NCBI GenBank assembly: GCA_965153455.1
Contig: OZ234493.1
Coordinates: 124,001-188,000 of the forward strand
DNA length: 64,000 nt
Direction: 5' to 3'
DNA from: Sphagnum compactum
Taxonomy: Eukaryota
The notes beneath the pieces are model-generated. The model saw nothing but the letters and a program-made list of their open reading frames with translations. It did not search any database and was not told the origin of the DNA. Both the position numbers and the translations under genes were made by a program. Position 1 is the stretch's first letter. Each line of letters opens with the position of its first letter. Shown here piece after piece: positions 40,573-50,449 of this stretch.

Positions 40573-43500
40573 CTACATGCTACTTTGCATCTCCCTTGGA
40601 GCAACTGCAGACTGTTGAAGAATCTCAGAAGATGCGACAAGCTCACTACTAGACGGGTTCCCTGTACTAACTAGTGGATCGGGAACCACAACAAAATAGT
40701 CGGACATGGCTTTACGAAATCTCTTCTTGTATTCCTTTGGAGAGATCACAGTTGGTGGAGCGTTTTTGGGTCCCCCCAGGATCCCAGATGCTTTCACCCA
40801 TGTCTCAAGATGTTTATCCCACGTATACTGTCGGATGAAATCAATAATTCCTACCACTAGCTCCTGGTGCGTTTCATCAACTCCAACCAATAGAGAATAA
40901 TCCATTACATTCACCTTTGCAAGGAAACTTGTGTCATTATACACAGCTCGGTCAAGCACAAGTTTGGCCTTGTTGTTCACAAAAATCGGGGCAGTGGGCA
41001 TGGTCTCAATCAAATTCTGGTCCAGCAACACCTTATTCATCCCTGATGCATCAGCATTGTACCGTGACCGCTTGGAACCCTTCAAGTCATACAGGCGGGT
41101 AGTATGACGACCATAGAACAGATTCTCCATCACCAGCAGGTCCAATTCCTTCACCGCTTTACCACCCTGCTTCAACTGCACTGTATAAATACCCAGAATC
41201 TTGGCTAGACATGTGGGACTAGCAGAATTCAGTAAGTCACAGAGATGAGTAAAATACTGAGGTGCAAATTCCAAGAAGGAATGTTTCTCTGTGCTAGTCA
41301 CTTGTTTCACAATAAATCGGTCATCCATAGTCTTTGCAAAGTACACATTGCTCTTGCCCCCTTGAGCACCCCATTTCTTGCACCTACTCATTGATCGAAT
41401 GTACTCCAACTCCCCTCCACAACACTTGACCCGGAGAGCCTGGAACTGCTTGGCATAATGGCACGTTACACGAAACTCTGTCTTTCCTTGCTGACCAGTT
41501 TCTGCAAAGTGCACCTTCACAGTGGTAAGAGTTGGGGACTTCAAGGAATCAGTCACAGAGGTCTCCCTTCTTGACTTAGAAGCTGCTAATTGTTCTGGAG
41601 GTGGAGTAGTGCTTCTTATTTTCTCATCACCCTGGTCTGCAACAGGTAATCCCTCAACTGCAGTTGCAATCTCCCCTCTGTCTTCATCTTTCACCCTAGG
41701 CTTTTCCATCTCCACATTTTGAAGCCTGTTCTGGTACTCATAAGATGTAAGAGCATAGGCAATAATGCTTGTGGGTTCATCATCATACACTGCAACAACT
41801 GTGCCATTGACACCCGGAGGCAGACGGACTCGTGCAGTCCCATGTGCCACCAGCTGCACAAGTGATCTAGTGGGTGAGATACTCCATCTATTCTGGGAAC
41901 TATCCATACTACCACCCCGGAGTGAGCTGGATCGACTGTACCCTTTATCCAGGCTCATGGAAGGAACTCCTGCAAGTGCTCCAGACTCATCACTTCCTTT
42001 CACTGGTGAAGTTGGTACACTCACCTGTGAAATGGCATCTCCAGCAACTTCATCACCTTGGACTGGCTCACTCCCACTTGTTGACACTGGCATGGGTGCC
42101 AGATCACTGAGACCAGCTTCCCCTCCAGGTACAGATTCTGTGTCCCTACTGCCCTCAGTATCCTCTTGCTGTGTCACATGCATGGAGGAAACATTATCAG
42201 ACCCAAAAGCACCTCCCCTGGCTGCCGCCACCATATCTGGGAGATCAACCAAACTTGGAAACTGCCCCTCTGATAAAGTTCTCCGCTCACCCAGTTCTCC
42301 AGCTGCAGGGGACAGTGAGCTTGCAGCATCCCTGTTTAGCATGTGTTCACTATCTCTAGAGGGTTCCCCAAGAGCAGTATTAGTTTGATCCGTGCTATTG
42401 CTTATTGAAGGGAGAGGGCTTGATGCTTGCCTGTTCAAGGCAATCGCATTCACTAACAGTTGTCCAGAAGCTTCACTGCCTTCCTCAACATCCCCAGGAT
42501 TAGCTTCAATGACTTTCTCTGGTGCCACTGCCTGTCTCAAAGCCTCAGACTCTGATTTTTGTTCAGAATCAGAGACAGTATCCTCCTCAGTAACACCTCT
42601 CGTACCTGTTGTTGATTCTCCAGAGACAACAGAGGGATTCATGTCCCCTACATTCTCTCCTGCAGGTAGCTGCTCCAACCTGCTGTTTGCAACACCAAGG
42701 TCTTCACCAACTGCTTGGGCTTCCAGTACATTCAATTTCTTCATTGCAGGATCCAAATTTGAGCCAGGTGCACCATATGCCTCTGTAAGCTTGCTGATAC
42801 GCATGTCCCAGTCACCTGAAAGATCTGCAATGGTCTGTCGAAGCTTGTTGAGGGCCAGAATATCAGCCACTGGCTGAAAAGGCTGGCACTTGCCTGGCGC
42901 TGCACTTTGCAGTTCCGCCTCAAACTCACCTTTCTCCTTCTCTAGCACACCCATTAGCTCTGCAACTTTGTGACTTCTCATGCTCTGGTAGGGTCCTAAG
43001 CTTGCAGAGTTTTCTCCAAGTTCTCGCAATGTTTCTGCTACTTCCACAAATAGCACACTTCCAAGCTCTGCAACTTCACTGGCCTCATTCAGAAGCCACT
43101 CTTGCTCATCAGGATGATTGAACTCCAATTGTGGGGGAGGAACATAGACAGAGTGCATTTTGATTGGGGTGTAGTGGAAGCATGCCACTGCATTTCCCAA
43201 TCCAAAAAACCTGAGACAATTCCGGTGCACCGAGTGACCACAGGCAGCACTCCGACTAGCAGCTGCATGATTAGAGAAACTGAGCTCCAGAAACTTCCCA
43301 AATGAAAGGTCCAGGGCTGAATCTGAAATCAGAATCCTTCGTGTAGCAGGATAGTCCCCATTCACACGTGCACACTGAAGACAGCGATGCCACATCCATA
43401 TCTTCCCCTCTTTCTCACCTGGTAGAACAGAGTCTTTCAGGAGCTTTGAAGAGATGGTGAGGCTGCCTTGGGGATGTGTGTACCTATGTTCATGCGTCTC

Positions 43501-45417
43501 CAGTGGCTCGTCACATGACGCACACTTCCCGCTTGTCTGGCTAAGAAATTCCTTGAGAAACCTCCCAAGTGGTTTATCATTTTTGCCATAATAGTAAATC
43601 CGTGTGAGTTCAGGACGCTTGCATTGTGTTCCTTTACGAAAGATGCGACTAGAAACTAACACCAGAATATACTGATCTGGCAGCGATGGAGGAAATTCGT
43701 CAACCTTTGCTGGCTGCTGAGCTTCTGAGTAATCATTGCTGTCCTCCAGAGGTGTCACACCTTCCATCCTCTCTATTTGTGAGTTACTTTGCTGCGTTGG
43801 TTGAAAACCCAGGTCAGGAGCACTGATTTTCCTCAGGTGATAATTGGCCACCTGTGTTGTTGAGAATGTGGAACCAGACAAGAAAGGAATGGAACTGTCT
43901 GAGTTGGACCGTTTAGTTTGTACAGGAAGGTAGGGAAGAGTGGCCCCCTCATCTGCCAGAAAGGAAGTCTCCAGTGCCAGGTGGTATGCAGCAAACACAG
44001 CATATTGGACAACCTTCTTCACTTTTTTCAACTCAGCAGTGCTTGCCCCGCGCAGCAAAATGGTGCATCCCAAGGGTCGTGGACAACCCTCAAAGAACAT
44101 GAGATACTTTGAGGTTTTCTTGCCTGCTTGACTCACCAAATTGTGCTCCTCATCAAACTTCTCAATACGAAAAGTTTCACAGTGCCCAGCTTTTGCACCT
44201 GTAAGATTATCTAAGGATGGCACCACTTCTGCCCCCGTACAGCGTGCTATGCGTTCCAACAGTGGCCGCTTGACATTCAGCACCACTGACACCTCTTTGG
44301 CCAAAAGCTTATCCTGGGCCAGCCCAACCACTGTTTTCTCCACCAACAAGACATTGGGGTGGTGAGCCTCAATGCGAGCTACAGTCTCTTTCAGATAGTC
44401 TATTTCCTGCTGCAATAAAGTCTCCAATGAGGACAGTTGATTGGAGACACGCTGGTACTCCAATGCTCCACGCAACAGTAACAGTCGTGGATTCTTAAAT
44501 CGAGAAGTCATTCGCCTGTTCTGTACATTTTTATGACAAACCACACCCTTCACCACTACACTGTCTGCAATCCTCCCAGATGCAATGCACTTGACTTTCA
44601 CATAACCCCCTGGATCCATGCTCCCTCCCTTACTTGTGTTAGGTTTGACCAGCTTTGCAGCTTGCAAGCTTCTTGTGCTCACAATGTCCAACCAACTATT
44701 GTCATCACCTTCTTCTCCCACTGGGAGGCCATGTTCATGAAGCAGCTGAGCAACTAGTGCTCGAAAATGACCACTCACAACTGTACGTAAGGACGCTCTC
44801 CTCTGGGCTTTGTTGCTATTGTTGCTGATATTCCCAGAAGAGGATTGCGACCCCCATTCCGCCTCATCATCATCATCTTCATCCTCATCAACAAGGTTCG
44901 TTTCAACTTCCTCATCATCAGTTTCTGGAGGAGGAGGTATCCAGATTGCAGCATTATTCCACACGTGCTCTGCTATCACATGCTCAACTTCCTCTGTCAG
45001 TGTTTGTGCTTTTGAGGGCCCTTCAACTTCACCATACTCTCCATTGATGCTTTCACTATCATCAAATGACTGGGCATGTGATGAAGATCCATCATAGGCA
45101 GCATCCCTGCTCAGCTGATAATCAGAAAGCTTGTTGTCACTGCTATTATCTGCTGTCCGGCTCAAGCTATCCAGTATACTGTGTCTGAGGTCTGTAGTAT
45201 CCAAGTCCACCCCACTTTCATCTTCATAGTCTAAATCTTGATGGTGTTGCTCATTCTTTTGCTCAAAATCTTCCTCATCGTCACTCATGTTGCTTAAACT
45301 CTCACTAGGGCTTGGTGACTGGTCCCTTTGGGGTACCACCCGCAAGGGCAGGGAACTTGTCAGCTGGGATTCTCTTTCATTGCCCATTTTGTGCCGTGTG
45401 TCTTTGGACATCTCCAT
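40573..45417 (-). CDS. FAB1: 1-phosphatidylinositol-3-phosphate 5-kinase FAB1/PIKfyve-like, no FYVE domain, single coding exon
   Basis: GHFRALVAQLL, MDPGGYVKVKCIASG (Cpn60/TCP-1-like domain), KIWMWHRCLQC, LSFGKFLELSFS, WGAQGGKSNVYFAKT, YDLKGS, VMDYSLLVG, GIIDFIRQYTWDKHLETWVK. The first ATG after the acceptor (tagcag|GT ATG) is at 45417. The ORF-track start at 45489 is not an ATG. Confidence 0.96.
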   Translation of the reverse strand: MEMSKDTRHKMGNERESQLTSSLPLRVVPQRDQSPSPSESLSNMSDDEEDFEQKNEQHHQDLDYEDESGVDLDTTDLRHSILDSLSRTADNSSDNKLSDYQLSRDAAYDGSSSHAQSFDDSESINGEYGEVEGPSKAQTLTEEVEHVIAEHVWNNAAIWIPPPPETDDEEVETNLVDEDEDDDDEAEWGSQSSSGNISNNSNKAQRRASLRTVVSGHFRALVAQLLHEHGLPVGEEGDDNSWLDIVSTRSLQAAKLVKPNTSKGGSMDPGGYVKVKCIASGRIADSVVVKGVVCHKNVQNRRMTSRFKNPRLLLLRGALEYQRVSNQLSSLETLLQQEIDYLKETVARIEAHHPNVLLVEKTVVGLAQDKLLAKEVSVVLNVKRPLLERIARCTGAEVVPSLDNLTGAKAGHCETFRIEKFDEEHNLVSQAGKKTSKYLMFFEGCPRPLGCTILLRGASTAELKKVKKVVQYAVFAAYHLALETSFLADEGATLPYLPVQTKRSNSDSSIPFLSGSTFSTTQVANYHLRKISAPDLGFQPTQQSNSQIERMEGVTPLEDSNDYSEAQQPAKVDEFPPSLPDQYILVLVSSRIFRKGTQCKRPELTRIYYYGKNDKPLGRFLKEFLSQTSGKCASCDEPLETHEHRYTHPQGSLTISSKLLKDSVLPGEKEGKIWMWHRCLQCARVNGDYPATRRILISDSALDLSFGKFLELSFSNHAAASRSAACGHSVHRNCLRFFGLGNAVACFHYTPIKMHSVYVPPPQLEFNHPDEQEWLLNEASEVAELGSVLFVEVAETLRELGENSASLGPYQSMRSHKVAELMGVLEKEKGEFEAELQSAAPGKCQPFQPVADILALNKLRQTIADLSGDWDMRISKLTEAYGAPGSNLDPAMKKLNVLEAQAVGEDLGVANSRLEQLPAGENVGDMNPSVVSGESTTGTRGVTEEDTVSDSEQKSESEALRQAVAPEKVIEANPGDVEEGSEASGQLLVNAIALNRQASSPLPSISNSTDQTNTALGEPSRDSEHMLNRDAASSLSPAAGELGERRTLSEGQFPSLVDLPDMVAAARGGAFGSDNVSSMHVTQQEDTEGSRDTESVPGGEAGLSDLAPMPVSTSGSEPVQGDEVAGDAISQVSVPTSPVKGSDESGALAGVPSMSLDKGYSRSSSLRGGSMDSSQNRWSISPTRSLVQLVAHGTARVRLPPGVNGTVVAVYDDEPTSIIAYALTSYEYQNRLQNVEMEKPRVKDEDRGEIATAVEGLPVADQGDEKIRSTTPPPEQLAASKSRRETSVTDSLKSPTLTTVKVHFAETGQQGKTEFRVTCHYAKQFQALRVKCCGGELEYIRSMSRCKKWGAQGGKSNVYFAKTMDDRFIVKQVTSTEKHSFLEFAPQYFTHLCDLLNSASPTCLAKILGIYTVQLKQGGKAVKELDLLVMENLFYGRHTTRLYDLKGSKRSRYNADASGMNKVLLDQNLIETMPTAPIFVNNKAKLVLDRAVYNDTSFLAKVNVMDYSLLVGVDETHQELVVGIIDFIRQYTWDKHLETWVKASGILGGPKNAPPTVISPKEYKKRFRKAMSDYFVVVPDPLVSTGNPSSSELVASSEILQQSAVAPREMQSSM

Positions 45418-45921
45418 ACCTGCTACACAACAACCAAATTTTAAAAGCTGGCTTGGAGAACAATTCTGAAGCTGAGGCTGGCCTGGCACATTCAGAACTC
45501 AAACTATAACCACTAAACAAAAGAGCATTCACCCTAAAATGGTCAGGATTGTTGTGCATGGCTGAATGACGACCATGATACATAATCACAATGTATAAGG
45601 ACTCAACGTTGCAAAAGCTACAACAGCTATCCCAGATCAAAGTCATGCGAAACTTCACCACCAGCAACCATAACATTAAGCATGCCATAGACATAAGGCA
45701 ACAAGTTGATGAAAAAATCCCAAGGACTCTTGCCACAAGAAATGAAGCAGACAACATTGCTTGCTGGCTTTGTTTGTAAAGAAGCAGGAGGACTCCTCAC
45801 CAGTTCACATCCCTTGACTCTCCTCGTTGGTTGTCAGGTGATCTGATAACATGCGTCATATGTGATGCCAGGAGCCAGATGCCTTCATCCTCCACTCCTC
45901 CTTGTGTAACCGGCAGCTACA

Positions 45922-46062
45922 TCACCCCACCATATCGAAGACCTCATGGGGTACAAGAACCACATGACAATAGCAACCTTTGGTGCTCATACAACAGGGC
46001 CTGTTGAAGGGAGCCTTGAGGGTTGCTTCTTCTATTGCAACTGATCTACTTTGACTAGGCAT
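45922..46062 (-). CDS. Candidate upstream ORF (46 aa, Cys-rich) in the FAB1 5' leader
   Basis: ATG at 46062, TGA at 45924-45922. Peptide MPSQSRSVAIEEATLKAPFNRPCCMSTKGCYCHVVLVPHEVFDMVG. It lies in a predicted exon bounded by tgacag|GAG (~46080) and CTG|GTGAG (~45801). Confidence 0.55.
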   Translation of the reverse strand: MPSQSRSVAIEEATLKAPFNRPCCMSTKGCYCHVVLVPHEVFDMVG

Positions 46063-47934
46063 CAGGAAACTCGCATACTCCTGTCACAAGAAGTGTCTAC
46101 AAGATGACATCTGACTGACGACCCTCATCTCTAATGTCAAACTGACATAAGGCCAGTCTTCTTCACTTATGGATTTCAAGATTTTCAAATAAGTGTCACC
46201 TATGTTAACCTTTCAAGTGAAAGAGTTTCCCAAAGAAACATCCCTCCTTTCCAGGTTCAATATGCCACACTGATGCCTCACTACATCAGATACCACATTC
46301 CTCCACTCCACGTTCAATCTGCCACACCAATGCCTCACTACATCAGACATATCTTCGGCCTGGAAATACTATCATTGTGTGGATCCCCAACACAATCGTA
46401 TGTGAAAAGCATCCAAAGGCAACAGATTTATGTATCAAGTCCTCAGAGACTCTTACTAATCAAGTCCATTTCCCATGTCATTGTCGTAGATTTCATTGAA
46501 CTCACATTCAAAAAGAAGTAAGAACTCCCAGGACGTTTGAGCAGAAAATTGAAGAATAACGAGTCAGAAAATACAGTTTATAAGAAAGAAAAATTTGGTC
46601 TGCATCCAAAGTGCACAGAGGAGAGAAAGCTACTCACTTTGAGCCTGAGTTGCACACCTGACACTCCAGATGTTATTTTTTACAGATGTGAAGACTGAGT
46701 TGCTCACTTAGTACCGTGCTCTCACTCCTTCTCCTCCAGACAAGCTGCAGATGTAATCCTCAAATTTCATGAACTTGCCCTCACACCCACCGCCATGGCT
46801 GACTGGAAGAAACAGGCACATAGTTGGTTGGTTGCCAAAAGGTTGAAAAACATTATGTGGATTTTCCGCAATTGTCAGGACCAGTCTTTCCTTCCAATGA
46901 GCACACCTCCTACCGACCTTACCTGCTGCTGCATCGATCAAACCATTGCACGGGAAAACCTCCACACAACCGTATTGCTTGCTGAATATACTTCACTATG
47001 GTTTTGGTCCCTTGAGAACGATTCAATTCAGTAAACAGTTCCAGAAAGCACCCAAGCATATACTCCAGAGAGAGTCCAAATGGAAATGAAACACTGAAAA
47101 GAAGAGGAGGACACGACATGAACCAGCACACAAATGATAAATAGCCTCTTCTTCACCCTTCCAAAAAAGGCCCCGGTTTCCCCACACCCTCAACGCGCTC
47201 CTCCTCCTCCGTCCTCCTCTCCTCAACCTATTGCCTTGCTCCTCCTCCCTTCAGCTCGCGGAGAAACCTCGAAGAATAATTTATAAACAAACAAGTACAG
47301 GGATGAAGACGAAACCCTGACCTAAAAACCCAGGAACTAAAAAAAAAAAAAAAAGCTGCTTCAAATTACACAGACCGGGGGCGAGAGAGGCGGGAGGAAA
47401 CTTAAAACGCAAGAAACCTCAAAAAGACACAATGAAACAAAGAAAGGGTATAAAAAGAGAGAAACGGCCAAAGCCAAAAAAAAACACTCACCGGAGAGGA
47501 GAAACACACAAAAAAAACACAAAAAGAAAAAAGAAGACAGCAGAAGAACAAGGACGAGGATGAGAAGAACAAGGAGGAGGAGGACTGTTTACGATGTGGA
47601 TTGACCGATCGGAGATGATGGAAAGATCGAAGAAGACGGCACTGAAACAAAACAACTGCGGAGGTGGGGGGGCAGACAGGAGACATAACATCAAACGGCC
47701 GAAGCTACTAGCTGTTGCGTATTAAAGAGAAGAGAAAGCATGATGAGCATACGATGGAGTGAAGAAAGAAAAAGAACAAGTATGTAGTAGAAGACCAGAG
47801 AGAGAGAGCGAGAGAGAGAGAGATCGCGCGATGGAAGGAAGAAGATGCGCTACAGCAGCAACACAGCAACGACAGAGAAGCAAAGCAAAATTCCTAAACC
47901 CTAACCACGCATCGCGCAACAGCGCCACACTCCC

Positions 47935-48182
47935 AAAGCACATACATAATACATACATATACATAACATAAAACATGCATACGTCCATGCATTCTTACAG
48001 GCATGCATATATAGATCTACATACATGTGTCCATCTCCATACATCCATCCAATCAATGACATACAAACATGCATGCATGCAAATATCCATCCATGCATTC
48101 ATGCATGTGTATCCCAATATGTGTTCATTCATTCATCCATCCATCCATCCATCCATCTGCGTGCATCCATTACATCCATCCA
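47935..48182. repeat. CATA/CATG/CATC low-complexity tract and (ATCC)n microsatellite
   Basis: catacatatatacat..., catgcatgcatgc, atccatccatccatccatcc. Confidence 0.85.
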
Positions 48183-49139
48183 GCTTCATTAGAACACACA
48201 TTGCAAGGATTTATTTTTCTTTTTATCATGGCCAATTTTCGGAACCAAAAACAAAAATCGAGAATTATAACAAGAATAGATAATCTGTTTGTTGCAGATT
48301 TCTTTGGTTTTTTAAAGAAGAAAAAATCACCAAATATTGGACAAAATCTTTTTTTTCTAAATTTTGGGAGAAAATGTTTTTTACATTTTTTATTATCATT
48401 TTTTGTTGTGTGTCTCAAGGTAGTTTGTTGTCACTTTTTCTATTGTTCAGATAATTTTCTAATACATTTTCTATTTAAAATTAATGCTAAATATATCTTG
48501 GATTAATGCTTGTCACTCACGTAATTTTTTTTTAATTTTTTTTAAAAAGAAAATCCTACATACATTTTCATAAACTGTTTTTCTTTTTTTCTTTTTTTTT
48601 CATTTATTTGGTTTTCCCACTTTATGTGCTTTTTTTGGATCCCTATTGTTTTGGAGTTCTTGCTTTTTTCTTCTTCTTTTGTGTGGGAGAGGGGACTTGG
48701 GTTCTTTGCATTAAGAATTTTTAAGAACCTACCAAGTGAGGTGGGTGGGTAGGTCCAAGGTGGTAGGTACTATAACAAATGGTGGGTGGCACATGAATGT
48801 TTCTTTTTCAGGTCTATTTTCCACTACTAAAAGGTGATTCACCTTGGAAAGGAAATTTTTTGACCCATCCCCAAAAGCCCAAAAAAAAAAAAAAAAAAAA
48901 AAAAAACCATCTAAGAAAGGAGAAAAAAAAAAAATTGACCCACCTTGGAAAGGAAAAAAATATTACTATAGACATTATTGGTTGTTTTGATGTGATGAGC
49001 CCAATTGGGTGAGAAGTTAATCAATTGTTGTGTGTTTAGTTTGTTAGCCCTTTATTATGTGGTTTAATGTTTTGTAAAGTAATAAGAGTCATTTCATCAA
49101 GCTTAGTTGTTCGGGTTAATCATGTGTAATTCTTTAGCT

Positions 49140-49602
49140 TAAGCAGCTTTGTTATGCAAGATAACAAGATTTAGTTCATCTTAGCCTTAAGCATGCTTAG
49201 TTCTTTGGCTTAACAAGCTTTGTTATGGAGGATAGCAAGAGTTAATTCATCTTAGCCTTAAGCATGCTTAGTTCTTTGGCTTAACAAACTTTGTTACCGA
49301 GGATAGCAATAGTTAATTCATCTTAGCCTTAAGCATGCTTAGTTCTTCGGCTTAACAAGCTTTGTTATTGAGGATAACAAGAGTTAATTCATCTTAGCCT
49401 TAAGCATGCTTAGTTCTTCGGCTTAACAAGCTTTGTTATTGAGGATAACAAGAGTTAATTCATCTTAGCCTTAAGCATGCTTAGTTCTTTGGCTGAACAA
49501 ACTTTGTTACGGAGGATAGCAAGAGTTAATTCATCTTAGCCTTAAGCATGCTTAGTTCTTTGGCTTAACAAGCTTTGTTATGGAGGATAACAAGAGTTAA
49601 CT
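49140..49602. repeat. 71-bp tandem repeat, ~6.3 copies
   Basis: Unit CAAGAGTTAATTCATCTTAGCCTTAAGCATGCTTAGTTCTTTGGCTTAACAAGCTTTGTTATGGAGGATA(G/A) starts at 49165, 49236, 49307, 49378, 49449, 49520 and 49591. Confidence 0.97.
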
Positions 49603-50449
49603 CATAATGCATAACTATTAGCCTTTGTAAAGTTTTCTTTTATTTAAGACGATAAGAATCATCTTTAGTTTTAGCATTATATATAAAGTGTGTTATAAGA
49701 TAATAGGAGCCATTCCGTCATACTTAATTATTGATCTAATAAGATGTTTTTAAAAGGTAATTAAAAGACCATTTTATCAAAGCTTAATTGCCGAAGTGCT
49801 TTTTATTTCCTTAAGGTATTGTGGTATTATATGACATTTGTTCATTGTTGTAACCCTTGTGAGGTGCCCTAAAGTGAAAGAGGAACATTCAAAAGCTTGT
49901 AAAGTTGGCAATGTAAGTGATATTTTTGTTCATGGCTTTTTGCATATTGTCAAGATGAAGCCTTTTTATTACCAAATTCATCATGTTGTCACATGTGAAG
50001 TGCCACTTGTTTTACCTTGACATTTTGTTTTCTATTTTGACATTCTAGTACATATTATTTAGTTATAATACCTTGTGATCTTCTGTTGTGAATTATATTA
50101 CCAACAATAATCTAATTGTACAATTTTTTCAAGATCATCATAATACATGATCAATAATTCAATGTATTTTGGCCTAACCCAGACTTTGATCTTTTTTCAG
50201 CTCAATAAACCTGGATAACCAAATACGGAGTGGCCTTTGAGCTCTTAACCTTGCAATCACATAGAACCCAGTTAAGGGTTTCAATTGGCTTTTATTCAAT
50301 TGATTACCTCTCTTTGTGTGTTCAATATGACACCTATATTGTCATGATTAGAAAGCAAGGTTTTTTTTTTCGCAAATTTTTTTGAAATAAAATATTTTCT
50401 ATTGAAAACACCTACATAATTCAAATCAAGCTTCCCTTCTTGTTAAATT

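Noticed and set aside
40706-45097. Many plus-strand ORFs opposite FAB1 (likewise opposite LD, pectate lyase and the SURP gene)
   Set aside because: Antisense shadows of real coding sequence, with no independent motifs.
45418-45489. N-terminal extension of FAB1 in the ORF track (MPGQPQL...)
   Set aside because: Non-ATG start, and it lies upstream of a good splice acceptor at 45420, so it is probably intronic.
49140-49602. CRISPR-like array (palindromic repeats)
   Set aside because: Units are contiguous and near-identical with no unique spacers; the context is eukaryotic and there are no cas genes.
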